64,000 nt of DNA from Callorhinchus milii. Lineage: Eukaryota. Under the pieces are notes generated by a model. It made no database searches and was not told the DNA's origin. It worked only from the letters and a program-made list of their open reading frames with translations. Within the stretch, counting starts at the first letter, position 1; every line of letters begins with the position of its first letter. Made by a program: the position numbers and the translations under genes. The DNA lies in contig NW_024704743.1 in the NCBI RefSeq assembly GCF_018977255.1, positions 64,978,001 through 65,042,000 of the forward strand, given 5' to 3'. This document shows, in pieces, positions 1-13,139 of the stretch.

Positions 1-480
1 GATATGAGCAAGGTGACATGCTTGGCAACAGAAAGTCAGAATAGAATCAATCTTCTGTCTCAGAAGTTGTCCAAGGTATTGCTAATGAAAAAGCTAGCAG
101 CCTGGCTCATTGGCATGACTTGAACGAGCAGATCAGCAGCTGGGAGCAAGGATTCTTCTCAATCAGCACCCATTAAACCTGCAACCCAAAGCCCTGAGAA
201 GTAAGGTGGTCCGAGCTGAACAAGCAGCAAGACGTTTGCCAGATAGTGCTCACAGTGGCAAACTATGCGATTTCAGCAGGTTAAACTCCATCAATACCCC
301 AAGGTACACTCTGTGGAGTCCCCAAGTCTTGGCTCTTGCCAACCTGTGCCAATACTCTCTGGAATTAATCATGCAGATGTATCCCTCCAGGGAGAGTGAG
401 CATTTCAATCCAGACATAGAAATTTCCATAAGAAGGTGACATACTATGCGGAACAGAGTCTGGTATGGATATCGGACTAA
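1..480 (-). repeat. Ancient unclassified interspersed repeat, copy A (runs off window start)
   Basis: Shares blocks with 7390-7790, 15550-16140 and 25890-26390, e.g. TTGCCAAGCATRTCA and the peptide LxRAKxWxL...EFNxLKxHxLxLxALSGK. Confidence 0.6.
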
Positions 481-1467
481 CAAAAAAGTTCTGCTTGCCC
501 TTATATCAAGGGCTTTCTCCAGCCCAATAATCTAGTCCATCAGAAATGCTCTTTCAGATACTGTACAGACTCATATTTCCAACATATTCATTTCAAATTT
601 GCAGTCCTCTGCTATTTTCCGTCTCTGAACAACAACAACAACAAATTACATTTGTATAACCTTTCACGTCAGGAGGACGTCCTATGGCGCTGGACAGTCA
701 GGGATTTGGACCCGAGCAAGGGATTGAGATCGGGGGAGTGGAGGGCAGGTAGGGTAGGGGTAGACGTGCCTTGAAGGAGGCCATTGCCTCCTTAAAATAT
801 TTTAAAATATTAAAAATTTTAAGGGATTGAGGTGAAGGGAATGTGACATGATGTGGAGCAGGCCAGAGTCTGCATAGCGGAGGGAGTGGACAGGTAAATA
901 CGGAGTTAGCACGACACAGAGGAAGGAGCAAGGCCGTGGGTGGCCTTGAAGGTAAGGACGAGGATTTTGAACTCTATCCTTTGGGGGATGGGGAGCCAGT
1001 GGAGCCAGGTGAGGGTGGGGCTGATAGGGTCACAGAGCCTGGTATGGGAGAGGACATGAGCTGCAGAGTTCTGGATGATCTGCAGCCTGTGGAGGAAGAA
1101 TTGGGAAGGCCGACAAGCAGGGAGTTGGAGTAGTCAAGCCTAGATGTGATAAATGTGCAGTTGAGTGTCTTGGTGGCCTGAGGGGAGAGGCAGTGGTGGA
1201 GGCAGGTGATGTTGCGGAGGTGGGAGAACGTAGATTGGGTCATGGCACAGATATGGGATATAGGACAGTTGAGGGTCAAACAAGATGTCAAGGTTCCGGT
1301 CTGGCTCAGTGGAGTTTGCATCCATGGAGGTGATGTTGCCAGTGCCGGGGGTGTGGTGGCACTGACGGGAGCCAATCAGGAGGGCCCTCAGCCTTGTGAC
1401 GTTCAACTGTAGAAAGGTAGCTCTCGTCCATGACTAGGTTTAGTCCCTTTGACCTTTAGTCCCCATG

Positions 1468-1697
1468 ACTTTGCTTCCTCCCTTTCCTCCTTCAAAGCCG
1501 GTCTCAAGACCTTTCTCTTTGACTGTGCCTTCAGCTCCCCTCTCGACTCTCTACCCTCTCCTCGCTCCCTCCCTTCCCTCTCCTCACCCTGACCATTTCC
1601 CCCCAATGCTCGGGTCCTGACCCAACTGTCCAGCGCCTTGGGACGTCCTCCCGACATGAAAGGCGCTCTATAAATGGAATCTTGTTGTTGTTGTTGG
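1468..1697 (+). mobile_element. Younger L2 3' fragment inserted antisense into older L2
   Basis: Ends TTGGGACGTCCTCCCGACATGAAAGGCGCTCTATAAATGGAATC(TTG)n; near-identical to 18870-19091. Confidence 0.85.
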
Positions 1698-1787
1698 TGT
1701 CTGGCAGACAATCTGTCAGGACAGCAGTAGTCCTGGAGTCAAGGGTGGAGGCAGAGAGATAGAGTTGGGTGTCATTTGCATACATGT

Positions 1788-2098
1788 GGAGCCCTATAGC
1801 TCAGTGGTTAGAGCACTTGCTTTGCAAGCGAGAGACCTGAGTTCAATTCCAGGCAGGGCGAAACCTTGGGAAGTTTCCTTACTCCACACACCTAATAATA
1901 ATCCCTCCAAAAACAAAAACAATAATAAATTGGTCATTTTCAATCTACGACTGTTTGTGGGACATTGCTGTGCGCAATTGGCTGCCGCGTTTGCCCACAA
2001 ATATACAATCAATTCACTTTACAGTATATGCTGTGAAGCGCTTTGGGACGTCCTCCCGACGTGAAAAGCGCTATATCAAATGCAAGGATTATTATTAT
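1788..2098 (+). mobile_element. tRNA-derived SINE, short form with L2-type tail
   Basis: A-box TAGCTCAGTGG, B-box GTTCAATTCC, tail TGCAAGG(ATT)n, TSD ATGTGGA at 1784-1790 and 2097-2103. Confidence 0.9.
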
Positions 2099-3561
2099 GT
2101 GGAAGTTGACTCCATGTCTGCAGATGATGTCACCAAGAGGGAGCATGTACATGTTGTTGAAGAGGAGAGGACCAAGTACAGAGCCCTGAGGAACACCGCA
2201 CAAACAGTGTGGGGCTGGAGGATAAAACGTTTATGGAGACAAACTAGATTTGGAGGAGGAATTCTCTGGCAGATAAGAATCAGTTGAGAGGCCTGATGTT
2301 GATCAAGAGATGGGAAATAAGTTCAGCATAAGGTTGAAAAATATGAAAAGGGAAACTAACTAAATCAATAGTAAAACGATCTAAGAAAGCTCAAGTCCAA
2401 CCAGGCATCCAGACAGGGAGGTTAAGAGGGAAATAACTAAAATTAGATGGATGTGCATAAATGTCATAAGGATTCAGACATACTGATAGCAACAGGAATA
2501 TGTATGAAGGTTGAGATTAGAAACAGACTGGGAGACAATATTCTTCTCATCCTAACTTTAAAATTTGCTGCTCCAGTGAGCTGGAACTTACTGATTCTTT
2601 GCACAAAAAATATTGCTTTTCAACAATTTCAACAACTTGAATGCTCACAGAGCCTCCTGCAAAAGCTTGCAATTTTGGAATTGTGCAATATTGGTAAAAA
2701 CAGAATTGTTGATGTCATTGGAATGAGGCACGTATGATGTCAATTGGGAAGAAGATCCGACTTGATATGATCATTGCACAGAAGGCCTGAAACAACTGAC
2801 TTAAGACATTAAAAAGAGCTCTGCTTTAAATGACAGCACAGCAGTTAATTTGCAGAAATTAATGCTGAAATGCACAAACTAACATTTGTATCTCCTATTA
2901 ATAAATGTACAGCTCTCTCTCCACACACACACAGGTACAATTTCATAAGTACCCTCTCACTCCCTATTATTTTAATTGCAAAACAAAAGGTGTTAGCCAC
3001 CTCTCAAACACTTTAATAATTTTAAAAATATTAATTTGATACATTAGCTTAATATAGTAGTTACAATACTGACTTTTTTTGACTCAGTTTTACAGAAGGC
3101 ATGGAAACATTTTGTACTAGTTGAAGTAATGTTTTGACAGATCACAGGCAGCAGTCATAAGCATCCAAGATGATGCAGGCTTGGAAGCACTTTACATATT
3201 GCTTCAAAATAGATTGTTCTATTGAAACAATGAGACAACAAACACAAAAACAAATGTGAATGCACCAAATAAGATCAGCAAAAGAGGCAAAGAGAACCAT
3301 AGGTAGAAAAAACTGCCCAAATTGTTCAAAATATGAAGGAGCAAATAGGTACCAAAACACCGCAGAACATCCAGGGCTGTTTCTTTCCTGCAGTGAAAAA
3401 AAACTCCTAATTAGTGGACAAGGCCTTGTCCATTTCACTCTGCAATTGGCCCATGGACTCTATATGCTCAGTTCTGCACCAGAATGAAATATAGCAAATA
3501 TTTCAAAAAACAGCATTACCAATCCCTCATACATACTACAGTTGACTTAAAAAAAACTAAC

Positions 3562-3655
3562 CTTGATGGTTGGGTGAATTATGACTTGACGAACTTTGAA
3601 AACCAGTTCCAATCAATTCTCTCGATCTGCGTGCTGTCGTCCGATCTACATTGTC
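3562..3655 (-). CDS. Probable internal exon (94 nt) of the minus-strand gene; reads DNVDRTTARRSRELIGTGFQSSSSHNSPNHQ; product unidentified, could be UTR
   Basis: Acceptor TTTGCTTCTTTTTCCAG|G, donor AAG|GTTAGT, only one open frame, CpGs retained in an AT-rich background. Confidence 0.6.
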
Positions 3656-4000
3656 CTGGAAAAAGAAGCAAATGGTTTTATAATCTATTTTCTAAACAGA
3701 TTGGTTATATTTGTTCTAGAAATTCAAGACACATGGGTTTGTTGATAAAAGGATGTTTAAATTTGTGGATGTATGATTATTGAGAACTTACTAATTTGTT
3801 GGAAAAGCCTACCATAAAACTACAAAATCAGTTTGGATGAAGAAGGCCCTTCAGCCCATTTTCTTTCATGCTTACAGAATACCAATCCGACCATGTTCCC
3901 ATCACTGCATCAAGCTGTTGTTTTTTTCTTTAAAATTAGTCTACTGTCCTTCCTGGCCTCAACCACTCTTCCTGGCAGCCTGTTCCAGGCATTTAATAAT

Positions 4001-4390
4001 GAATAATAATAAAATCATTGCATTTGATATAGCGTCTCAAAGCGCCTCACAGAATATACTGTAAAGTGAATTGACTCCATATCTTGTGGGTGAAATGCGA
4101 CAGCCAATTGCACACAGCAGTATATCAAAAAAAGTCGTGGATTGAAGTGACTAATTTTTTTTAAAAAAGGAATTATTACTCCCAGTAAAGCGATCCGCCA
4201 ATCGAATAACAACCAGGTTCCTACTTAGTGCTAGGTAAACAGAGACGTGTGGAGTAAGGAAACTTGCCCAACGTTTCGCCCTGCCGGTAAGCAAACAGAA
4301 GGAGTTTAGAATGAATACCATTAGAGAACTCGTCTGGCAGGTCTCTCGCTTGCTAGGCAAGTACTCTAACCACTGAGCTACAGGACTCCA
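4001..4390 (-). mobile_element. tRNA-derived SINE, long form; a second tail fragment follows at 4393-4495
   Basis: Minus-strand head GGAGTCCTGTAGCTCAGTGGTTAGAG, central TTGGGCAAGTTTCCTTACTCCACACG..., (ATT)n tail. Confidence 0.9.
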
Positions 4391-7389
4391 CAATAAATAA
4401 TCCTTGCATTTGATATAACGCCTTATCACGTCTTCAAGACATTTCACAGAATAAACTGTAAAGTGAACTGATTGTATATTTTGTGGGTGAAACTGGGTTT
4501 AACCTCTAGGTAAATAAAAAATATTCTTTGTGTGAAGAAAAATATATCTAATATTATGTGTATCATGTGTGTGTGTCATGCAACTGGTTAGGCTGTGTGC
4601 AAAGTTCAATGTCAGCTCAGTGCCAGTGGAGACCAGGGTTAGGGCCAAAGCTGACCAGGCAAATGCTCTGGCCAGACGTTTCACTGTAGGAATATCTCAC
4701 AATAGATTACTTTACGAAGGTTAACAGAACCAAGACAATTGCCCAAACCCATGAAAGGAAAGGACATACCAAATCACAAAAGATGATAGAATGCAGGGCC
4801 TCTCTTATTTAAGCACTGCATTAACAACTGCAATTTAGTGTGAATGTTTGGTGCAAAACAATGGTGCTGGGCAAAAAGGTCCTGGCTAAGTAAGGTTAAT
4901 CTAACACTTCTGCAATACTTCAGCTGAATGTTCAACGTTGAACAAGCCAACTGAAAGATCATTAACTGGGATTAGATAATTTAGCTAAACTGATTATTTT
5001 CTGCATTTCTGGGCCAAAGAGGGTAAAATCAATCTTCAGTCAGTGGTCCCATTCCTACTTAGCTACTTTGCTAGAGGAGTATGGAAGCAGGGATAGGTAT
5101 TTGGCTGCCATTCTGCAGCTGAAAACATCCCAATATTCACTCTCCAAGTTCAATAATTGGGAAAAAGTAGAAAATGTCTGGTGTTCATGGAAGTGAGAAT
5201 ACTTTCAGTAGGTAGAGAAATTGAGTTGGAGAAAAATCTAACAAAGAAATGCTGATACCAATGATTTATGGTGTGAACTCTCTCAGATCAGAGTCAACTT
5301 TACCAAACATATCTGATCTATCACAATCTTCATGGCGCCTCATGTCCAACCAAATTGTTGCTTCTCTAGGTAATTAATATCACCTCACAAACTCCCATTT
5401 AGGCTACAGCATCCTTTGATCATAGGACGCCTTTTTTCACACACCAAATCTGGCCTTCTAAAACTCTAGAAACGTAATTTCATCTCTCCTTGGTGCTGAC
5501 AAATGAACTTTTGAAAGGACTGGTAGTGATAGATTCAACTATACTAGAGATAATATGCAGATAAAAATTTAATTGTGCATATATTATCATTGCTCCCATA
5601 ATCAGGCAGCAGTATTCTGGAGGTGTACACATTTAAGTGAAATGGTAATGTTATGAAAAGCAAACGTTAGGAACCTAAACAGTGAATTTCTGCAATAGTG
5701 TCAAACTAGTCTATATAGATCTTCCAGTGGGATGGACTTAGAATATAACTTTAGTGATCAGTTGTACATTAAGAATGTTGCAAACCTTTAAGCCTAATAT
5801 GGAATAATAGTGGGAAGAGAAATAGAACAGTAAAATGAAAGATATTTTAACAATTTTTAAAAAAAATTAAAAGGCCAAATCATTCACTAGATGGCGCTCC
5901 TGGTTCAAAGATTTCCATAAATAATAATAAAAGAATATAATAGGTGTAAGGAGAGTAAAATGAGGGGTTGTATTACAGTGCAATCTTTTTACTGCTGAAA
6001 GATTATTAGCTGATAATTCCAGATTTAGAAAGTTTAGCATTCAGAATTTAAGTACAAAATTGCACATAGACAAAATGTTAGCTTTGTAGTTTTCTGACCT
6101 CTGGGCAAAACCCAATGTTGTGATTTGAGTTCATAGTCCTAACCCCAATGCCTCATGAGTTAGGGATACATATAGTATATATTTTCTATTTTCCACACAC
6201 ACAAACATACACAATTAAAAAAAAAACAAATTACAAATGTATAGCACCTTTCACACTGGGCGAATGTCCCAAGGAACTGAAAATCCCACAAGTTGCAAAA
6301 TAATCAAAGCATTTAAAACTACACCATAAAGCATTAAATACAAACGAGAATTCAACAAAAACATGATGTAAAAGTTAAGTTTGCAGTATTTTTTTTAAGG
6401 AGTTTTCTCTTTCAACACAGGTGATACTACGAGCAACTTCAAGTCGTCCCCAATGGTAAGGGCCAGTGCTATGCATCAGCACTGACATTACACAATGGTT
6501 ACGAATCATGATCCAGGTAAACTATAAATCTGTTTTACTGAAGCTCAAAATCCACATGCCTCTAAATGTTTTTAAACATGAAAAACAAAATCAACTCCTT
6601 AATTCTAAACTAAAAACATTTTACACAAAAGTGTCTCATTTGCTTTATTGGGATATATTTGTTTTTGCTTTATTCCAAAAATTGAACAATGAGATTACTT
6701 GTGTCCAACGCTAGTGCAAGCGTGTTAGTTCTGTAACTGAACAAGAACTACTATTTACGGTATCTACAGTTCGAATTCAAATCCCTCCATAGCCTTGCGT
6801 TATTCAACCTACCCCTGTATTGAGAGGGTACAATTCTGTGATTTCGGGACCACCATTACTATGAGGGATTTGGGATAATAGTGCTCCTGAAATTCCAGGA
6901 TTGTGACCCCCATCTGTGACCTCCAACAATCCTACTGACCCAACTGCTCAGCTAACAGCAGCTTGCTTCATGTTTCTGCCCAATTTGCCTCTCTTTCTGC
7001 CCCTGCTCTGTGGAACTTGCCAGTGTCTTGCCACCCCCTTTCCATCTTTAAAGCCCTTTAAGACTTATCTTTTCAACTGTGATTTTGGTTATTTCCTCCC
7101 CCAGTATAGAGCCTGCAAGAAGAATGGCAATTATAACTGGATAGAGGTCCTCTTGTAATCAATAATTTGCAAAAACAAGAGTAAAACACCTGGGTTTGGG
7201 GGGGGGGGGGGGGGGGGGCGACTGCAAATAACCTGATAACGTCTACATGTGGTAAAAGGTGTAGCAGCACAGCTGAGTATTTTACTCTGAGTGTGCTGCT
7301 CACCAGGAATCTCGCAGGGAAGGGGAAAGCGAGGTCTTCTTGGAAATAAACTGGCTCTAAATTGACTTGCTTTGCTTTGAATCAAATCA

Positions 7390-7790
7390 ATCATAGGTGA
7401 GAACCTTAGTAGTGCCTTTCCTGAGCCATTCATGTCTGCAGTCCTCCAGGGGACTGATGATGACAGACCAGCCATCCGGGCTCATTAGCAGGACCTGGAG
7501 GTGTAAACCAGACACTGGATGCTGAGATTCTTCCCACTCAGCTACCGTCAGCCTTACGTTTGGTGGTCCTATCTTGGATAAGCAGCAGGGAAGCTTGCCA
7601 GACAGTGCTTTTAAAGACAGACCATGCTGCTTTAGCTGATTAAATTCTGACAATATCTGAACAGGCACATTCTGGAGTCTCCAAGCTTTAGCTCTTGTAA
7701 GCAACGTGCGTTGTTCCAGGGAGACAGACAATATCCCATTGGGATGGGGATTTCCACGTGTAGGTGGCATCATGGAACTTTCACTCTGGT
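7390..7790 (-). repeat. Ancient unclassified repeat, copy B
   Basis: LTRAKAWRLQNV...EFNQLKQHGLSLKALSGK aligns to copy A; AAAGTTCCA...GGAAATCCC shared with 25895. Confidence 0.6.
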
Positions 7791-8114
7791 TTGAATATTT
7801 TTAAGCATAGTGATGGGTTTTTGCATGTGTCAGATACCTGGTTGAGCAGAAAAAAATGGTAGTGTCTCTTCACAGCTCTATTGCAGCAATTTATGACAAA
7901 TTTCAGTGAAGGTAATAATGATTGCAATAATACCATTTCCAAATGTAAAAAGGACTTTTAAACAAACATCCAGATAGTATTTTGGGCCAATAATTGCTTG
8001 AATTCCTTGGGGGAACAATTTGAGGCATTGAATGAAACATTAAGTTTAGCTGGACAAGCAGCAGAAAGCATCGATTCATTCATGAACAAATTAGACAGAT
8101 TTCTATTAGGAAAA

Positions 8115-8411
8115 ATAATAATAATAATCCTTGCATTTGATATAGCGCTTTTCAAGTATTCTAGACATCTCAAAAGTGTTCCATAGAATATACTGTAAAG
8201 CGAATTGGTGTATATTTATGGGTAAGACACACCAGCAAATTGCAGAGCCGTGTCTCACAAACAGTCGTGAATTGAAGTGAACAATTGTTTTTCTAGAAGG
8301 ATTATTATCAGGCGTGTGGAGTGAGGAAACTTGCCCAGGGTTTCACCCTGCCGGGAATCAAACCCTGGTCTCTTGCGAGGCGAGTGCTCTAACTATTGAG
8401 CTACAGGACTG
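8115..8411 (-). mobile_element. tRNA-derived SINE, short form
   Basis: Head, body and tail match the other copies. Confidence 0.85.
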
Positions 8412-8659
8412 CTCAGTGGAAGTATCCAGTGGAAATAATATCTCGATATACAATTTATAGTTTGGGACAAGACATGTTATGCGACTGGTGGAAGGCGAAC
8501 TGGAGTGACCTTCTTTCGCCTAGCAAATACTTATGTTTTTATTGCCTCCCTCATTTCCTCTTTGTTCCTCACTCATTGATTGAGGAACTGAATGGAGTCT
8601 GAGTGGAGCCACTCCAGACTGAATCGCCCAGAATGCAGATATGAATTGATGCAGGGGCA

Positions 8660-9209
8660 ACTATCAGTGTGGCATTTTGTCTGGATTAACTGGATTTTTG
8701 ACCATAGTTAACCAGATTATTTTAAATATTTTACAATAGAAACAAATGGGATCTGGCATTTTGTCCGAATTAAGCGGCCTCCGCTGCACTTGCAAGTTGC
8801 AAGTTCAGGATTGTCCAACTACATGGCAGATTCTGTAGCCACACATGCATTGTGCCAGTGCCAGAAATCTCACCTAACCCATAAGAGAATTTAGGAAGCC
8901 TGTTCCATAAGTTTACTATTCGCTCACTGAAGTAGTGTTTCCACAGATTCGTTCTGAATTTAGCCCCCTTCAATCGTAGGCCGTCTCCTCTGGTTCTACT
9001 GTTCAGTACAAAATAAAACAGCTTATTTTGGTCTACATTTTCTAGTTCCTTTAGAATCTTAGACTGTAATCATATTGCCCCTCAACCTTCTCTTCTGTAG
9101 GTTGGTGGAAATGAGGTAATTTTTTAAAAAAACAATTAATATCTTTGGATACAGGTTAATTCAGGCAAAAGGCCCTGACCCAACATGTCTGACTTAACTG
9201 CATCCACTG
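8660..9209. mobile_element. Tigger/pogo-like non-autonomous DNA transposon remnant interrupted by a CR1 fragment (about 8880-9100, minus)
   Basis: Ends CCACTG then TA (9210-9211); repeated TGGCATTTTGTCYGRATTAA motif with an inverted copy near 9155-9175; CR1 peptide FRTNLWKHYFSERIVNLWNRLP. Confidence 0.5.
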
Positions 9210-9523
9210 TATCTAAATTTGCTTCCTGCTAGCACCTTACTGTCTGTGGCCCCAGGGTTGGCTTCAAATTATTAGCTGCAGCACTACTGCAGAAGAATGC
9301 CACAATTGTCACAAACGTCAGGGAACGATGATACAACGATGTAGTCAGTGTAGTACATTCTTTGCTGGATATAATTCAGAATGCATCAGAACAGTTTGAG
9401 ATGCTCAAGTCAATGATTTTCATAATGAGCAAGAAGACTAACAGGAACATTAGTTTACTTGGCCTGGTTGAGGTATGAATTCCAGATATCCAGCGTCTGG
9501 TAAACCAGGGGTTTACTATATAT

Positions 9524-9830
9524 TAATAATGATCCTTATATTTGATATAGTGCCTTTAACATCTCAAAAACACTTCACAGAATATACTGTAAAGTGTAGG
9601 AACTGTATTTGTTGTTGAACGCAGCAGTCCACTTAGAAACAGCAATGTGCCACAAGCAATCATGAAGTGAATGAAATAATCTGGGAATTGTTGGCTAGGA
9701 CACTGGGAGAAACTTTGTTCTCTTTTCCAATAATGCCATGGGACCTTTAACATCCACCTGAACAGGCAAATGGGACCTCAGTTTAACATTTCATCTGAAG
9801 ACAGCACCTCCAACAATACAACACTGCCTC
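9524..9830 (-). mobile_element. Deu-domain SINE (SacSINE1/AmnSINE1-like) fragment
   Basis: Minus strand GGAGGTGCTGTCTTCAGATGAAATGTTAAACTGAGG...CAGGTGGATGTTAAAGGTCCCATGGCATTATT. Confidence 0.75.
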
Positions 9831-10260
9831 GGGACCAGCCAAGACTAGTTGAGGTCAAAGTCCCGATCACCTGGTTGGTTATAGAAACAAAGGGACTTCT
9901 GTCTGTAGTGCAAAGGCACTGGTGGTTGCAAGCATTAGAGCCTCAATCTTGCTGACATTCAACTGGAGAAAGTTTCTCATCCAGAACTTATGTTCACAGA
10001 CAATTGGTCAGAAGAGTGATCTAGCAGTGGAGAGTGGAAGCAGAGAGGTAGAGGGTCATCCACATACATGTGGAATTGAACCCTATGTCTGCGAATCAAC
10101 TGGAATGTGCTGGAGGCTTCTCCACAACACCGTTTTCAAAGTCAATGTCCTCAAAGCTAGATTGCACATGCAATCTCCAGCTTTCGATGTCTGGTAAACC
10201 GGATCATATTACTCTGGTTAAAAAAAAATTCAAAGTAGAGCTCCTATTGTGCTAACCAGC

Positions 10261-10642
10261 TAATAATAATAATCCTTGCAATTGATATTGCGCTTCATTG
10301 CGTCTTCGGGACATCTCAAATTGCTTCACAGAATACACTGCTAAGTGAATTGACTGTATATTTTGTGGACAAAATGCGGCAGCCAATTGCGCACCGACCG
10401 CAGTGTCCCACAAACAGTAGTGGAATGAGTGACCAAATCATTAATTTTTGTTTAAAAAAGGGACCATTATCCCCAGAAAATGATCTGCCAATTGACTATC
10501 AACTAAGTTTCTACTTACTGCGTGGTAAACAAGAGGCATGTGGATTAAGGAAACTTGACCAACTTTTTACCCTGCCCAGGAATCGAACCCAGGTCTCTCG
10601 TTTGCGAGGCGAGTGCTTTAACCACTGAACTACAAAACTCCA
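10261..10642 (-). mobile_element. tRNA-derived SINE, long form
   Basis: B-box GGTTCGATTCC on minus, full body and tail. Confidence 0.9.
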
Positions 10643-10911
10643 CAAAAATTGATGTTGAGTGGCAGCCGCCATCCAACCACACCTTTCCATACTTCAAAAA
10701 TATCTAAATTTAAACTGCATGGATAATCCCATCTTGCTCAAATCTATCAAAGGTTTTGTTATCCACATGCCTCTTCAATTTGCTGACACAATCTTTTTCC
10801 ATCTCCACCATCAGTAGTCCATTCCATATATACACAATTCTGTGCAAAGTAAATAAACTTGTTAATTTTCCTTCTTTTGAGGCTTGAGTTGTGCCTCTTT
10901 CTTAATATTCC

Positions 10912-11110
10912 CTTCAAAAACCCCAAACAATAATAAATTGGTCATTTTCAATCTACGACTGTTTGTGGGACACTGCTGTGCGCAATTGGCTGCCGCGTTC
11001 TCCCACAAATATACAGTCAATTCACTTTACAGTGTGTTCTGTGAAGCGCTTTGGGACGTCCTCCCGACGTGAAAAGCACTATATCAAATGCAAGGATTAT
11101 TATTATTATT
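10912..11110 (+). mobile_element. 5'-truncated SINE, same subfamily as 1788-2098
   Basis: Near-identical to 1915-2098 including the GGGACGTCCTCCCGACGTGAAAAG tail. Confidence 0.85.
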
Positions 11111-11539
11111 AAAAGGTTATAACAATAATCAAATAACATTAAATATATTACAATTCATAATTATGCCTTTTGTGCTGATCAATTAATAAATTCCAGGGCG
11201 CTACCCCATGTGAAGGGCGCAGTATACATTTTATAATAATGACTTCAAATAATAATGGATTCAGCAAATAGGCAAATCTAGCAACTGTGACCTGAATTTA
11301 TTTAAGCTGTCTGAACAGCTTCTCACATAAATCAGAAAACTATGAATTTTATCTGATGGGCAGCATTGGATCTTTTCACTATACCAACACACAAAACATA
11401 CATTTTGTTGCAGTAGCTGAAATATAATATTAACAATCACTGTTTTCCAAAGATTATTTTTATTGGCTCATAGGCCATTCTGACCACTTCATTTTCCTTA
11501 ACCCCTTCACCCCCCTTTCTACCAGCAAAACTACCGCCA

Positions 11540-12255
11540 ATTAGGGGTAGAGGAGCAAAGGGACTTAGGGGCACACATATACAATTCACTAAAAGTAACA
11601 ACACAGGTTAATAAGGCCATAAAAAAAAGCAAACCAGGCATTGGGGTTCATTTCTAAAGGGATAGAAATGAAAAGCAGGGAAGTTATGGTAAACTGCTAT
11701 AGACCCTTGGTTAGACCACACTTAGAATACTGTGTGCAGTTCTGGTTCCCACATTATAGAAGGGATGTAGAGGCACTGGAGAGGGTGCAAAGGAGATTCA
11801 CAAGGATGATCCCAGAACTGAGAGGTTATACCTATCAGGAAAGGCTGAACATACTTGGACTCTTTTCTCTTGAAAAGTGGAGGGTAAGGGGTGGCCTGAT
11901 AGAGGTCTTTAAAATGATGAAAGGTTTTGATAGGGTAGACATAGGGAAGATGTTTCCACTTGCGGGGAAGACCAAAACCAGGGCCATCAATATAAAATAG
12001 TCTCAAATAGATCAAATAGGGAAGTTAGAAGAAATTTCTTCACATAGTGGAACTTGCTACCACAAGGAGTTGTTGAGGCAAATAGCATAGATGTATTTAA
12101 GGGAAAGCCAAATAGGTACATGAGGGAGAAAGGAATAGAAGGTTATGCTTGAAGGTTTAGTTGAGGAAGGGCAGAGGAGGCTCACGTGGAGCATAAACAC
12201 TGGCATAGACAAGTTGGGCCGAATATCCTGTTTCTGTGCTGTATATTCTAATGTA
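11540..12255 (+). mobile_element. CR1 LINE 3' fragment (ORF2 C-terminus and 3' UTR)
   Basis: YRPLVRPHLEYCVQFWFPHYRRDVEALERVQRRFTRMIP; end GGGCCGAATATCCTGTTTCTGTGCTGTATATTCTA. Confidence 0.92.
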
Positions 12256-12611
12256 TTCTAATTCTTGGCCTAGGAAACAATATCCCCCATTTCCCTCATA
12301 AATTTTCTCCAAACTCCTGCCCCTCTCGCCCTCTACCTGTCTCGATGTCACGTCTTCCTGGGACCTATAACACTCTCGCTGCCAATCCTCAACACCCTCA
12401 GCTCTACCAAATCTCTTACCACCACTTTTTATTCCCGCAATAACCCCACTACAACATCCACCTCCACTTCATAGCTTAAATCTGCCCTCACAGTCCATCG
12501 CCAAAGTCCATCCTCATACCCTTGTCTCAGCAAAATCTGAAGTCATCCCAGCCTGCTCTTCTCTACCGTCAACCACCTTCTCTGCCCAACCACCCATTGC
12601 TACCTCTATCC

Positions 12612-12745
12612 TTACTCCGAAGGATCGTGGGCCCAAAACGTTTTTACAAAGGGTCGTGGGCCCGAAATGTTGACTCACTTTCCTTTCTCCATAGAGGCTG
12701 CCTGACTTGCTGAGTGTTCCCAGCGACTTCTGTTTTTGTTTCAGT
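12612..12745 (+). mobile_element. Penelope-like element terminal sequence with a tandem, degenerate hammerhead motif
   Basis: AAGGGTCGTGGGCCCGAAATGTTGACTCACTTTCCTTTCTCCATAGAGGCTGCCTGACTTGCTGAG matches 61403-61479 read on minus. Confidence 0.7.
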
Positions 12746-13139
12746 ATATTCTCTGAATCACTTTGAGATGTCCTCCCAATGTGAAAGGTGCTATAATCGA
12801 ATGTAATGTATCATTGTTGGATGAATATCCAGCCAGTGTGGCCCCACTCTCTGGAAATCCATCCCAGAGTATTCTCTGCCTTGCCCCTAACTTCTAAGTC
12901 TTAAAAATCTGCCTTAAAACTCATCTCTTCAACCATGCTTTCAGCTACCTTTCCTCTCCCCATCCTGAACCAAGTCAGTTGCATGAAATCCTTTAAGATA
13001 TGGGCATCTGTAGTGTTTCAGAAATCTTCTGAATCTACTTATTCTAACAAGATGTATATGTGCTGGAATCCAAGAATAGAAGTGAACAAATCCAAGACTG
13101 TAGAGCCATTACTGACCCATATTCTTTATTTGATAACCA

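Larger units (their letters stand above)
628..2220 (-). mobile_element. L2 LINE 3' region, decayed, interrupted by an antisense L2 tail and a SINE
   Basis: Peptides [42 protein letters not shown]; (CAA)n tail with GGACGTCC at 628-700. Confidence 0.9.

Noticed and set aside
7198..7218. Poly-G run (also 30954-30971)
   Set aside because: Simple homopolymer of unreliable length with no supporting context.
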